Of a stretch of DNA of 64,000 bases, positions 19,799-29,579 are shown piece by piece. The DNA is from an uncultured Chloroflexia bacterium (GTDB taxonomy: Bacteria > Chloroflexota > Limnocylindria > Limnocylindrales > CSP1-4): NCBI GenBank assembly GCA_963735455.1, contig CAVTKZ010000004.1:504758-568757 (forward strand). Direction: 5' to 3'. The notes beneath the pieces were generated by a model, which was not told the DNA's origin, did no database searches, and was given only the letters and a program-made list of their open reading frames with translations. The stretch's first letter is position 1. Each line of letters starts with the position of its first letter. Position numbers and translations under genes: made by a program.

Positions 19799-21067
19799 AT
19801 GTTCGAATGCACCGCGCTGCCCGACGGGCCGCGCGTGATCAGCGCCCGGGTCCCCGGGTCGCGCTCCGTCTCGATCGCCGCGTATGTCCTGGCCGGATCG
19901 CGCCATGAGGGCCCCGGCCAGGCCGGTGTCGCCCATTTCATGGAGCACATCACCTTCAAGGGCACTGCCGCCTACCCCACGACCCGGGTGATATCGGAGG
20001 CGATCGAGGGCGTGGGCGGCTCGTTCAATGCCGCCACCGAGCGCGAATCGACGGTCTACTGGGTCCGCGTGCCGGCCCGCCAGGCGGCCCGCGGCGTGGA
20101 TGTCCTGGGCGAGCTGATCGTGCGGCCCAAGCTGCAGGACGCCGAGATCGACCACGAGCGGACGGTGATCATCGAGGAGATCCGCTCGTACCTCGACGAC
20201 CCCTCCGAATACGCCCAGATCCTGCTCCAGCAGGCCCTCTTCGGGGCGGGCGCGATGGGCCGCGAGATCTGCGGCGACGAGGCGGATATCCGGACCCTGC
20301 CAGAGCAGACGATCCGTGACTTCTGGGCGGCCACCTACCGCCCCACGAACATCGTGGTGGCCGTCGCCGGCGACCTCGACCATGCCGCCGCGCTGGACCT
20401 CGTCGGGTCGAGCTTCGGCCGGGGGGACGGTGCCCGGACCGCGTACGCCGCGGCGCCGATCCTGCCTGCCGGCGAGCGCTACCTGCTCGGTCATCGCGAC
20501 GCCTCGCAGGCCCAGCTGGCGATCGCCGTGCCGGCCTATCGCCGCGACCATCCCGACGCCTGGCCGCTGGCCGTCCTGAACGGGGTCCTGGGCGACGGCA
20601 TGAGCAGCCGCCTCTTCCTGTCGGTCCGCGAGGAGCGCGGCCTGGCCTATGACGTCGGCTCGGGCGTCACCGAATACGCCGATGCGGGCTCCCTGGCGAT
20701 CTACGCCGGGGTGGATCCCAAGGGCCTCGAGGCCGCCCTCCAGGCGATCCTGGTCGAGCTCGAGCGCCTGCGCGACGAAGCCGTGCCGCCCGACGAGCTC
20801 GCCCGGGCCAAGGCGTTCCTGTCCGGCGGCCTCGAGCTGCGGATGGACGACTCCCGCCACGTCGCCTCGTGGCTGGGCGGCCAGGAGGCGCTCCACGACC
20901 GGGTGCTGACCCTCGAGGAGGCGCTCGCCGCGATCGATGCCGTCGAGGCCGGCGACGTCCAGCGGGTGGCCGGCGAGCTGTTCCGGGACGACCGGCTGCG
21001 AATGGCGGTGGTCGCCCCGGCGGGCCATGGTGCCAAGCTCGATCGGGCGCTCCGCCTTGGTGCCTGA
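19799..21067 (+). CDS. M16 family (pitrilysin-like) zinc peptidase
   Basis: Inverted zinc motif HFMEH, GGSFNAAT, SSRLF..VREERGLAY. Confidence 0.93.
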   Translation: MFECTALPDGPRVISARVPGSRSVSIAAYVLAGSRHEGPGQAGVAHFMEHITFKGTAAYPTTRVISEAIEGVGGSFNAATERESTVYWVRVPARQAARGVDVLGELIVRPKLQDAEIDHERTVIIEEIRSYLDDPSEYAQILLQQALFGAGAMGREICGDEADIRTLPEQTIRDFWAATYRPTNIVVAVAGDLDHAAALDLVGSSFGRGDGARTAYAAAPILPAGERYLLGHRDASQAQLAIAVPAYRRDHPDAWPLAVLNGVLGDGMSSRLFLSVREERGLAYDVGSGVTEYADAGSLAIYAGVDPKGLEAALQAILVELERLRDEAVPPDELARAKAFLSGGLELRMDDSRHVASWLGGQEALHDRVLTLEEALAAIDAVEAGDVQRVAGELFRDDRLRMAVVAPAGHGAKLDRALRLGA

Positions 21068-21073
21068 GCACTG

Positions 21074-22159
21074 ATGGCCGACGAGACGCCAGCGCTCGAG
21101 CCAGCGCCCGCAGGCGACGACGCCGCCCAGGCGGACCTTCTCGACGATCCGCAGCCGGACGAGCTCCAGTCAGACGACCCTCAAGCCGACGACCTTCAAG
21201 CCGACGACCTTCAAGCCGACGACCTTCAAGCCGAAGACCTTCAGCCCGACCAGGCGCAACCTGGCCAGGGTCAGCCGGCGCCGGCGCCCCTGCCCGCGGC
21301 CGCCGACCGGCCGGTGGAGCTGCGCCTGGCGGCGATCCACCTCCGGACGGGCCTCCTGGCCCTCGCCCGGGCCGAGCTCGAGACGAGCGCCGGGCGGGGC
21401 GAGCTGGACGATGCGGCCCTGCTCGACCTGGCCGAGGTCCGCTGGCGGACTGACGACATCACCGGCGCCGGCGAAGCGGCCGCGGCGTACTTCGCGACCG
21501 GCCGGGAGGACACCCTGGCCCTGGTGATCGCGACCGAGGCAACTGCCTCGCTGGGCCGCTCGACCGAGGCTCGCCGCCTGGCAAGCCGGGCCCTGGCCCG
21601 AGGCGACGTCGCGCTCGACTCGATCTTCCTGGGGATCCGCCCGAGCTCCTACTGGCCGACCCTCGGCCCGACCGCCGGCGAGCCGGCGGGGACCCTGTTC
21701 GGCGGTCCGCCGCCGGGCTCCACGGCGGGCACCGCGGGGATCACCGGGGCGGCGGTCCTCCACCGGCTGCCGGCCGGCCCGGAGCTCCCGGCCCGGAGCG
21801 AGGATCGACGCAGCGCGCCCACCCTCTGGTCGGATGCCGAGACGCTGCCGGCCATCGCCGGGCGGGCAGCGGCCGGAGCGGTGGGCCGCCTGCCGGAGCC
21901 CGCCGACGAGCTGGATGCCGCGCGGGACGACCTGCGCCTCGGTCGGACGGCCGCGGCCGCGATCCGCCTGGCCGTGGTCCTGCGCCTGGCGCCGGCCCTG
22001 GCCCCGGCCGTCCTCGACGCCCTGGCCGGTCTGCACGGGCCGTCGATCGAGCTGGTCCGGGGCGACGCCCTCCGGCTGGTCGGCCATGAACGCAACGCCC
22101 GGCAGGCCTACGCGGCCGCGGCCGCCCAGCTCGACGAGGACCAGCCGCTCGCCGACTAG
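21074..22159 (+). CDS. Hypothetical helical (TPR-like) protein with an acidic N-terminal repeat
   Basis: 361-aa ORF directly after the M16 gene; Ala/Leu-rich helices. Confidence 0.7.
   Translation: MADETPALEPAPAGDDAAQADLLDDPQPDELQSDDPQADDLQADDLQADDLQAEDLQPDQAQPGQGQPAPAPLPAAADRPVELRLAAIHLRTGLLALARAELETSAGRGELDDAALLDLAEVRWRTDDITGAGEAAAAYFATGREDTLALVIATEATASLGRSTEARRLASRALARGDVALDSIFLGIRPSSYWPTLGPTAGEPAGTLFGGPPPGSTAGTAGITGAAVLHRLPAGPELPARSEDRRSAPTLWSDAETLPAIAGRAAAGAVGRLPEPADELDAARDDLRLGRTAAAAIRLAVVLRLAPALAPAVLDALAGLHGPSIELVRGDALRLVGHERNARQAYAAAAAQLDEDQPLAD
21143..21247 (+). repeat. 15-bp in-frame tandem repeat encoding DDLQA-like units
   Basis: GACGACCTTCAAGCC three times exactly, flanked by degenerate copies (about 7 units). 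Confidence 0.9.
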
Positions 22160-22236
22160 CCCTGCGGTTGGCGCCGGCTGCGGTATTGTTCGGCGGCTCG
22201 CAGCAGTCCAAGCCAGCCACCAAGGTGATCTCCTCC

Positions 22237-22698
22237 GTGACCGAACGAACCCTCGTCCTGATCAAGCCCGACGGTGTCCAGCGCCTGCTGGTCGGCCGGA
22301 TCCTGGCTCGCTACGAAGAGCGCGGCCTGAAGCTCATCGGCCTCAAGCTGGTCAGGGTCGACCGCCAGCTGGCCGAGCGGCACTACGCCGTCCATCGCGA
22401 GAAGCCGTTCTTCACTGGACTGGTCGAGTTCATCACCTCCGGCCCGCTTGTCGCCCTGGCCCTCGAGGGCCCCAATGCGATCGCGGTGATTCGGGCGACG
22501 AACGGCGCGACCCGGCCCTGGGAAGCGGCGCCGGGCACCGTCCGCGGCGACTTTGCCCTGGAGGTGGCCCAGAACATCGTCCATGCCTCGGACGGGCCCG
22601 AGACCGCGGCGACCGAGCTCGAGCTGTGGTTCAGGCCGGAGGAGCTCCTGACGTACGAGCGCGAGATCGACCGCTGGGTGGACGCCCCGGCCGACTGA
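22237..22698 (+). CDS. ndk: Nucleoside diphosphate kinase
   Basis: ERTLVLIKPDGVQR, GTVRGDF, NIVHASD. Confidence 0.97.
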   Translation: MTERTLVLIKPDGVQRLLVGRILARYEERGLKLIGLKLVRVDRQLAERHYAVHREKPFFTGLVEFITSGPLVALALEGPNAIAVIRATNGATRPWEAAPGTVRGDFALEVAQNIVHASDGPETAATELELWFRPEELLTYEREIDRWVDAPAD

Positions 22699-22704
22699 CC
22701 GGAG

Positions 22705-24153
22705 CTACTGGCCGAGGGCCGGCAGACTGGGCTCCGGTGCCGCGGCGCGAGCCGCCTCGGGTCCGCCCAGCCCGCCGTTGGCGACCACCAGGCTGACGAG
22801 GACCAGGATCAGCACCAGGCCGGCCGCGATCGGTGCCCGGTTCGTCTGCCAGCCGGCCTGGACCGCCTCGATCGCCGTTCCTGCCCGGGTTGCGGGCAGG
22901 GGTCGGTCGGTCGGCGCGGCGGCGACCAGGAGGCTCGGGTGGCCGATCCCGACCAGCCCGATCCGGGCGTAGTAGACGAGCGACGCCAGGCCGGCCAGCA
23001 GCAGGATCAGCTGGAGCGGGCCGGCGCTGGCGTCCTGGACGAGCGACGTCCGGACGCTCCAGGCGAGGAGGCCCGGCGCCCCCACGGTGGCCAGCACGAT
23101 CCCCAGCAGGGCGATCGCCAGGACCGGCGATCGACGCGCCCAGCCGTGCAGCTCCGGCAGGCGAGCCGTCCGGAAGCGCGCCTGGACGACCGTCACCCAG
23201 GCGGCGAAGGCGGTCTTGGTCGTGAGCATGATCAGCAGCCAGATCCGGGCCGGCTGGTGGGCATCAGGGCCGCCGATGGCCAGGCCCAGCAGCACGAATC
23301 CGGCGTCCTGGATGATCGAATAGCCGAGGACGTGCTCGAGATCGTCCTGCAGCCAGGCGCCGACCGCGCCCAGGACCAGGCTCGCCCCGCCGACCGCGAC
23401 GATGAGCGCAGGGCCGATTCCACTGGGCACCAGGAAGGTCATCGCCGAGCCGTCGGTCGCGCCCAGGGCGACCACGGCCAGGGCGGCCGGGCCCCAGACG
23501 AGGATCAGCGGCACGGCCAGGCCTGGCGCCGTGTCGGTCAGCCTGGCGACCGGCCGATGGAAGGGGACCGCGCCGAAGCGCAGCGCGACGGCCAGCACGA
23601 TCGCCAGGTCCGCCAGGCCGAAGGCCGCTGGGTCGCTGCCGATCCCCGACAGGGCCGGAGCGGCCCAGGCCACGGCGACGTAGGCCAGGGCACCGGCCAC
23701 GGCGATCGTGCGCACCTGGCGGACGATCACCCGCAGGTCGCCCGGGCCGGCCGAGGTACCCAGGCTGACCAGGGCAACCGTGACGGCGGCGGCCAGGAGG
23801 ACGAGCAGGGCGATCAGGGGATCGGTCAGGGTCAGGCCCAGGCCCATCCCGGCCAGTCCGACCAGGATCGCGGGCGGCAGGTTGGGCTGCCACGTCGTGA
23901 GCAGGGCGACCACCCCCAGGGCCAGCCCCGGGCCGGCGGCCAGGAGCAGGAAGAGGCGGCCGTAGCCGGTCGCCAGGAGGACCTCGCCGGAACCCAGCCG
24001 GAGCACGTCGCCAGGCGCGATGGCCAGGGCCGCGACCGTGGCCGCCGCCAGGCCGCCGAGGCCGACCGGGACATCGAGCCGGGGCCGGTAGCGGGCGACG
24101 ATGCTGAGCACCGCCCCCACGCTGGTGACCACGAGGAACGGCAGCAGGCTCAT
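22705..24153 (-). CDS. Proton-conducting membrane transporter-like protein (NuoN/MrpD/HyfF fold, degenerate)
   Basis: LRFGAVPFH, GAWLQDDLEHVLGYSIIQDAG, LHGWARRSP, GAPGL; about 14 TM segments. Confidence 0.8.
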   Translation of the reverse strand: MSLLPFLVVTSVGAVLSIVARYRPRLDVPVGLGGLAAATVAALAIAPGDVLRLGSGEVLLATGYGRLFLLLAAGPGLALGVVALLTTWQPNLPPAILVGLAGMGLGLTLTDPLIALLVLLAAAVTVALVSLGTSAGPGDLRVIVRQVRTIAVAGALAYVAVAWAAPALSGIGSDPAAFGLADLAIVLAVALRFGAVPFHRPVARLTDTAPGLAVPLILVWGPAALAVVALGATDGSAMTFLVPSGIGPALIVAVGGASLVLGAVGAWLQDDLEHVLGYSIIQDAGFVLLGLAIGGPDAHQPARIWLLIMLTTKTAFAAWVTVVQARFRTARLPELHGWARRSPVLAIALLGIVLATVGAPGLLAWSVRTSLVQDASAGPLQLILLLAGLASLVYYARIGLVGIGHPSLLVAAAPTDRPLPATRAGTAIEAVQAGWQTNRAPIAAGLVLILVLVSLVVANGGLGGPEAARAAAPEPSLPALGQ

Positions 24154-24968
24154 TCCGGGTCGGGTGGTGCCGGCGGGCCGGCGGCCGCGGCCGGTTCGTC
24201 GGCCGGCCCCGTCCGGCGGAGGCGTTCCTCGAGGGTCAGCTGGTGGGCCGCCGCATCGCGCCGCGGCCGGGCGGCCGGGCCGCGACCGGCCATCCTCTGC
24301 CGGACCTCGGGATCGCTCGACGCTCGCCTGGGCGCCGCCACGGGGTGTGCCTCGAAGAGGGTCTCGCGGATGGTCCCGCCGGTCACGGCCAGGCCGTTGC
24401 CCGCCCGCAGGGCGCTGGCCACGACCGCCGCGGTCACGCCCAGGATGCCGGCCGTCACCAGCCCGATCACGGCCTGCTCGAGCGGACCCGGGGTGCCGGC
24501 CAGGCCGGCCCGGACCAGCTCGGCGGCCGTGGCCAGGAGGGCCATCCCGGCGCCGATCCGGATGATGTCCCGACCGAGGAGGAGGGGCCCGACTGCGATC
24601 GTCGCCAGGCCCAGCCCGGCGGCGGTTGCCAGGGCCGGGCCGGCGGCCGGTGAGCCGACGCCCGACGAGGCGTAGCCGACGACGACGGCGGCCGCCCCGG
24701 CCAGGGCCACGCTGAGCGGTCCAAGCGGCGCACCCTGGGTGGGATCCGGCGCACCGCGGACCGCAAGCAGGACGAGGTCGGCGCCCAGCACGGCTGCCAC
24801 GAGCCGGATCGCCACGGCCAGGATCGAGGGCAGGGGATCGGCCACGACGGCCGCCAGCCCGATGCACACGACCAGCCCGCCCAGGATCCAGCGGGGATCG
24901 CGGGCCGAGACCGCGACCAGGGCGCCGGCCAGCAGGACGAGTGCCGCCCCGAGCTGGAACGGGCTCAC
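24150..24968 (-). CDS. Membrane protein, possibly HyfE/NuoJK-like
   Basis: Multi-TM protein overlapping the next start by 4 nt; GPLLLGRDIIRIGAG resembles a NuoK-type segment. Confidence 0.6.
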   Translation of the reverse strand: MSPFQLGAALVLLAGALVAVSARDPRWILGGLVVCIGLAAVVADPLPSILAVAIRLVAAVLGADLVLLAVRGAPDPTQGAPLGPLSVALAGAAAVVVGYASSGVGSPAAGPALATAAGLGLATIAVGPLLLGRDIIRIGAGMALLATAAELVRAGLAGTPGPLEQAVIGLVTAGILGVTAAVVASALRAGNGLAVTGGTIRETLFEAHPVAAPRRASSDPEVRQRMAGRGPAARPRRDAAAHQLTLEERLRRTGPADEPAAAAGPPAPPDPE

Positions 24969-24978
24969 CGGCTGTGGC

Positions 24979-25557
24979 TCATGGAGCGGGTGCCGGGACT
25001 CCTGGATAGGCCGGGGTCGAGAGGATCCCGAAGCCGCTGAACGGCCAGTAGCGCAGCCACGCCCGGCCGATCACCGACGACTTCTGGATGAATCCGAAGA
25101 CCCGTGAATCCTGCGATGCGGCGCGATGGTCGCCCAGCACGAACAGCTCGCCGGCCGGCACCACCCAGGTGCTCTGGGCCGCGGGCGGGTCGGTCGGCTG
25201 CCCTTCGTAGACGTAGGGCTCGACGAGGGCCTGCCCGTTGACCCAGACCTGGCCGTCGTGGATCGCCACCGTGTCGCCCGGCACCCCGATGACCCGCTTG
25301 ATGAATGGCGTCGTGCCGCCATCCTCGAAGCCCGGCGGCGGCGAGAAGACGATCACGTCGCCCCGGTTGTAGTCGTCGAAATGGGGCGTGAGCTTGTCGA
25401 CCAGGACGTAGTCGCCGGGCTCGAGCGAGTGCTCCATCGACATCTGCTGGACGAGGTACGGCTGGGCGACGAAGTTCTGGATGACCAGGAAGATGACGAG
25501 GGTCAGGACGAGTGTCTCGACGACCTCGAACAGACACCCGAACGGGCGCTTACTCAC
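24979..25557 (-). CDS. lepB: Signal peptidase I
   Basis: SMEHSL (catalytic Ser), FIKRVIG (catalytic Lys), LGDHR..SQDSR. Confidence 0.95.
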   Translation of the reverse strand: MSKRPFGCLFEVVETLVLTLVIFLVIQNFVAQPYLVQQMSMEHSLEPGDYVLVDKLTPHFDDYNRGDVIVFSPPPGFEDGGTTPFIKRVIGVPGDTVAIHDGQVWVNGQALVEPYVYEGQPTDPPAAQSTWVVPAGELFVLGDHRAASQDSRVFGFIQKSSVIGRAWLRYWPFSGFGILSTPAYPGVPAPAP

Positions 25558-25661
25558 AAGTCCGGCAGTATAGGCGGTGGGGATTGGGCCCGCCCCCGGA
25601 GCTTCCGGGCGACCCGGAAATGCCACCGCGATGGCTGCATAACCCGGCACTGCGGGCCGGT

Positions 25662-25691
25662 TTGACCCGGTATCTGGCCGCTTGCTACACT
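25662..25691 (+). promoter_or_regulatory. Sigma70-type promoter of hppA
   Basis: TTGACC-N18-TACACT with an extended TG. Confidence 0.6.
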
Positions 25692-25815
25692 CGCCCGCGG
25701 CCTGCAAGGTTTCGTTCCCGCCTGCAAAGCGGTCAGCGCCGGCCGGCCGCCCTCCCGGAAGCGCCGCGAGATGGTCTGCGCTCCGGTCACGTCCCAGGAG
25801 GAGTCGCTCAAGCGC

Positions 25816-28035
25816 ATGGACGCTTCAACTCTCAAGCTGATCATCCTGCCGGCCGGCCTGATCGCCGTGCTGTTCGCGCTCTACCTGGCCCGCGACGTCC
25901 TGCGTCGGGACACCGGCACCAAGGAGATGCAGGACGTCGCCGGGACGATCTTCGAGGGCGCCGTGGCGTTCATCCGGCGGCAGTACTCGACGATCGGGAT
26001 CTTCGCCCTCGTCGGGGCCGTGGTGATCACCGGGGTGATCACGGCCCTCGTCACCAAGCAGGTCGCCGACACCCAGTACAACGGCTTCGACCTCGGCTGG
26101 CGGACCGGAATCGCCTTCCTGGTCGGTGCCGCCTGCTCGATGGCCTCGGGGATCATCGGCATGTTCATCAGCGTCAAGGCCAACGTGCGGACGGCCGCCG
26201 CCGCCCGGCGCAGCCTGGTCGAGGCGGTCCAGGTCGCGATGCGCGGCGGGGCCGTCTCGGGCTTCCTGGTGGTGGCCCTGTCGCTTCTCGGCGTGTACCT
26301 GATGTTCGTGGCCTTCGGTGGCTTCGACCATCCCGAGGAGGCGCCCTTCCTGATCGTCGGCTACGGCTTCGGGGCGTCGTTCGTGGCCCTCTTCGCCCAG
26401 CTCGGCGGCGGGATCTACACGAAGGCCGCCGACGTCGGCTCGGACCTCGTGGGCAAGGTCGAGAAGGGGATCCCCGAGGACGACCCGCGCAACGCCGGAG
26501 TGATCGCCGACCTGGTCGGCGACAACGTCGGCGACTGCGCCGGCCGCGGCGCGGACCTGTTCGAATCGACCGCCGCCGAGAACATCGGGGCGATGATCCT
26601 GGGCGTCGCGGTCTACACGATCGCCAAGGCGGCCGGCTGGGCCCATCCCGAGGCCTGGATCTTCTTCCCGCTCGTCGTCCGGGCCTTCGGCCTGCTGTCG
26701 ACGATCGTGGCCATCTTCTTCGTCCGCGGGCGCGAGGACGAGGACCCGATGAACATGCTCAACCGGGGCTACTGGGTCACGACCCTGCTGTCGGTGGTGG
26801 GCCTCCTGATCACCACCAACGTGATGATGCAGACCGGCAGCCAGACCTCGCCCAGCGGCCTGCCGACCTGGGTCTGGTTCTTCGGCGCCGGGGTCGTCGG
26901 CCTGGCCACCAGCGTCGCCTTCGTGTACATCACCCAGTTCTACACGGCCGGCTCGTACCGGCCCGTGCGCGAGATCGCCGAGGCCTCCAAGACCGGTCCG
27001 GCGACGAACATCATCTCGGGCGTTGCGGTCGGCTTCGAGACGACCTTCGCCACCGCGATCACGATCGGGATCGCCCTCTTCGCCAGCCACTGGCTCGGCT
27101 CACAGGCCGGCCTGACCGATGCCAACGGCACGAACGTGGGCGGCATCTTCGGCACGGCCGTGGCGACCATGGGGATGCTGATGACCACGGCCTACGTCCT
27201 GGCCATGGACACCTTCGGGCCGATCACCGACAACGCCGGCGGGATCGCCGAGTTCAGCCGGGCCGAGGCCGGCGCGCGCGAGATCACCGACCGGCTCGAC
27301 GCGGTGGGCAACACGACCAAGGCCCTGACCAAGGGCTACGCGATCGCGTCGGCCTCGCTGGCCGCCTTCCTGCTGTTCAGCGCCTACATCGACAAGGTCA
27401 ACCTGATCCTCGGCCGCCAGATCGCTGCCGGCCAGTCCGGGGTCAAGCTGCTGACCTCGGTCGACCTGTCCAACGTCAACGTGTTCATCGCCGCCCTGCT
27501 GGCGGCGATGCTCGTGTACTTCTTCAGCTCGCTGGCGATCCGGGCCGTGGGCAAGACCGCCCAGTCGATCATCGTCGAGGTCCGCCGCCAGTTCCGGGAG
27601 ATGCCCGGGATCATGGATTACACCCAGCGCCCGGACTACGCCCGGGTCGTCGACATCACCACCCGCGCCGCCCTGCGCGAGATGGTCCTGCCGGGGGTCG
27701 TCGCGGTGAGCACGCCGATCATCGTCGGGGTCCTCCTCGGCTATGAGGCCGTGGCCGGGATGCTGATGGTCGGCACGATCTCGGGGGTGATGCTGGCCAC
27801 GGTCCTGAACAACAGCGGCGGGGCCTGGGACAACGCCAAGAAGTACATCGAATCGGGCCACCTCCTCGACGAGGCCGGCGCGGTTCTGGGCAAGAAGACG
27901 GACGCCCACGCGGCCGCGGTGGTCGGGGACACGGTCGGCGACCCGTTCAAGGACACCGCCGGTCCTTCGCTCCACGTCCTGGTCAAGCTGCTGGCGACGG
28001 TCACCCTGGTCCTCGCCCCGCTGTTCATCCGCTAA
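25816..28035 (+). CDS. hppA: Membrane pyrophosphatase, K+-independent (H+-translocating) type
   Basis: GGGIYTKAADVGSDLVGKVE, DNVGD, GNTTKA (Lys form), GDTVGDPFKDTAGP. Confidence 0.96.
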   Translation: MDASTLKLIILPAGLIAVLFALYLARDVLRRDTGTKEMQDVAGTIFEGAVAFIRRQYSTIGIFALVGAVVITGVITALVTKQVADTQYNGFDLGWRTGIAFLVGAACSMASGIIGMFISVKANVRTAAAARRSLVEAVQVAMRGGAVSGFLVVALSLLGVYLMFVAFGGFDHPEEAPFLIVGYGFGASFVALFAQLGGGIYTKAADVGSDLVGKVEKGIPEDDPRNAGVIADLVGDNVGDCAGRGADLFESTAAENIGAMILGVAVYTIAKAAGWAHPEAWIFFPLVVRAFGLLSTIVAIFFVRGREDEDPMNMLNRGYWVTTLLSVVGLLITTNVMMQTGSQTSPSGLPTWVWFFGAGVVGLATSVAFVYITQFYTAGSYRPVREIAEASKTGPATNIISGVAVGFETTFATAITIGIALFASHWLGSQAGLTDANGTNVGGIFGTAVATMGMLMTTAYVLAMDTFGPITDNAGGIAEFSRAEAGAREITDRLDAVGNTTKALTKGYAIASASLAAFLLFSAYIDKVNLILGRQIAAGQSGVKLLTSVDLSNVNVFIAALLAAMLVYFFSSLAIRAVGKTAQSIIVEVRRQFREMPGIMDYTQRPDYARVVDITTRAALREMVLPGVVAVSTPIIVGVLLGYEAVAGMLMVGTISGVMLATVLNNSGGAWDNAKKYIESGHLLDEAGAVLGKKTDAHAAAVVGDTVGDPFKDTAGPSLHVLVKLLATVTLVLAPLFIR

Positions 28036-28127
28036 CCCGGCTCGCCGGCGGGCGCGACCGAACGCGGTCCGCCGGCTGACGAAGCGGAACGTCGGCCGGC
28101 TCCGGCAGGCCCCCCAAGGAGGCCGCG

Positions 28128-28955
28128 GTGGATATCACCTTCCAGGCGCTGATCATGGGCATCGTCCAGGGGCTGACCGAGTTCCTGCCGGTGTCCAGCT
28201 CGGGCCACCTGGTCATCGTCCCCCATCTCCTGGGCTGGACCGATCCGTTCATCACCTCGCTGGCGTTCAGCGTGATGCTCCACATGGGCACCCTGGTCGC
28301 CCTGCTGGTCTACTTCCGGGCCGACTGGCTGGCGATCGTGCCGGCCGGCCTGGCCACGATCCGCGACCGCTCGTTCAAGGGCGACCCGAACCGCCGGCTG
28401 GCCTGGCTGATCGCGGTTGCCACGATCCCGGCCGTGATCGTCGGGCCGATCCTGAACGACCGGCTGGAGGCGGCAGTCCGGACCGCCGAGGACGTGGCCA
28501 TCGCCCTGGTGATCGGGGCGGCGATCCTGTGGCTGGCCGACCAGCTCGGGCGCAAGGTGAATGGCCTCGATCGGATCAGCTTCCGGCTCGCCCTGGGCAT
28601 TGGCCTGGCCCAGTCGATCGCCCTGGTGCCCGGGATCAGCCGGGCCGGGATCACGATCTCGGCCGGCCTGTTCGCCGGGCTCACCCGCGAGGCCGCCGCC
28701 CGGTTCAGCTTCCTGATGGCCACCCCGGTCATCGCCGGGGCCGGCCTGTTCGAGGCGCGCAACCTGCTCAGCGGCGATGCCGGCGTGACGGTCCAGGTCG
28801 GACCGCTGCTGGTGGGCCTGATCGCGGCCCTGGTTGCCGGCCTGGCGGCGATCCACCTGATGCTGCGCTACCTCCGGACCCGAAGCTACCTGGTCTTCGT
28901 GATCGAGCGGCTGGTGGTCGCCGCGATCGTCCTCGTCGTCTTCCTGTCGCGCTGA
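28128..28955 (+). CDS. uppP: Undecaprenyl-diphosphate phosphatase
   Basis: QGLTEFLPVSSSGH, PGISRAG. Confidence 0.96.
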   Translation: MDITFQALIMGIVQGLTEFLPVSSSGHLVIVPHLLGWTDPFITSLAFSVMLHMGTLVALLVYFRADWLAIVPAGLATIRDRSFKGDPNRRLAWLIAVATIPAVIVGPILNDRLEAAVRTAEDVAIALVIGAAILWLADQLGRKVNGLDRISFRLALGIGLAQSIALVPGISRAGITISAGLFAGLTREAAARFSFLMATPVIAGAGLFEARNLLSGDAGVTVQVGPLLVGLIAALVAGLAAIHLMLRYLRTRSYLVFVIERLVVAAIVLVVFLSR

Positions 28956-28968
28956 GCGGCGGCTCGTC

Positions 28969-29445
28969 ATGGAGGTCATGAAGCAGCTTCGCCAGCGCTC
29001 GATCCGGGACCTCGTCGAGCAGCGCCTGATCCGGACCCAACAGGAGCTGGCGGCGGCCCTCCGGGAGCGTGGCTTCCGGACCACTCAGGCCACGATCAGC
29101 CGCGACGTGGCCGAGCTCGGGCTGATCAAGGTCGGCCGCGAGGGGACCCAGGCCTACGCCCTGCCGCCGCGCCTGGTCGAGGCCGAGATCAGTGGCGAGG
29201 ATCGCTTGCGCAAGCTCTTCCGTGACCTGCCGGTCGAGATCCGGGAGGCCGGCCTGCTGCTCGTGGTCCGGACCCTGCCGGGCTCGGCCCATGCGATCGC
29301 GGCGGCCCTCGACCGGGCTCGCTGGCCGGAGGTGGCCGGCTCGATCGCCGGCGATGACACCCTCTTCGTGGCCTTCACCGACCGGGGCTCGCTGGGCCGG
29401 GTGAAGCGCCGTTTGCTGCGCCTGACCGAGCCGGCCGCGCTTTGA
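28969..29445 (+). CDS. argR: Arginine repressor
   Basis: TQQEL, TQATISRD, GSIAGDDT. Confidence 0.95.
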   Translation: MEVMKQLRQRSIRDLVEQRLIRTQQELAAALRERGFRTTQATISRDVAELGLIKVGREGTQAYALPPRLVEAEISGEDRLRKLFRDLPVEIREAGLLLVVRTLPGSAHAIAAALDRARWPEVAGSIAGDDTLFVAFTDRGSLGRVKRRLLRLTEPAAL

Positions 29446-29470
29446 CACTCGGACGGCCGCGAAGTAGCAT
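29442..29470 (+). promoter_or_regulatory. Sigma70-type promoter upstream of greA
   Basis: TTGACA-N17-TAGCAT. Confidence 0.7.
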
Positions 29471-29481
29471 TCGGGCCGGCT

Positions 29482-29527
29482 GAACTTCAGGTCCGCCCCA
29501 CCGGCGGAGGCCTGGAGTTCTTCGTTT
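29482..29527 (+). terminator. Terminator-like hairpin inside the greA leader
   Basis: GAACTTCAGG-TCCGCC-ccacc-GGCGGA-gg-CCTGGAGTTC followed by TTCGTTT. Confidence 0.6.
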
Positions 29528-29579
29528 ACCAAGACCCCGCTGGCCATTGCGCCCAGATCCCGATGGGGGCCCACCCGAC

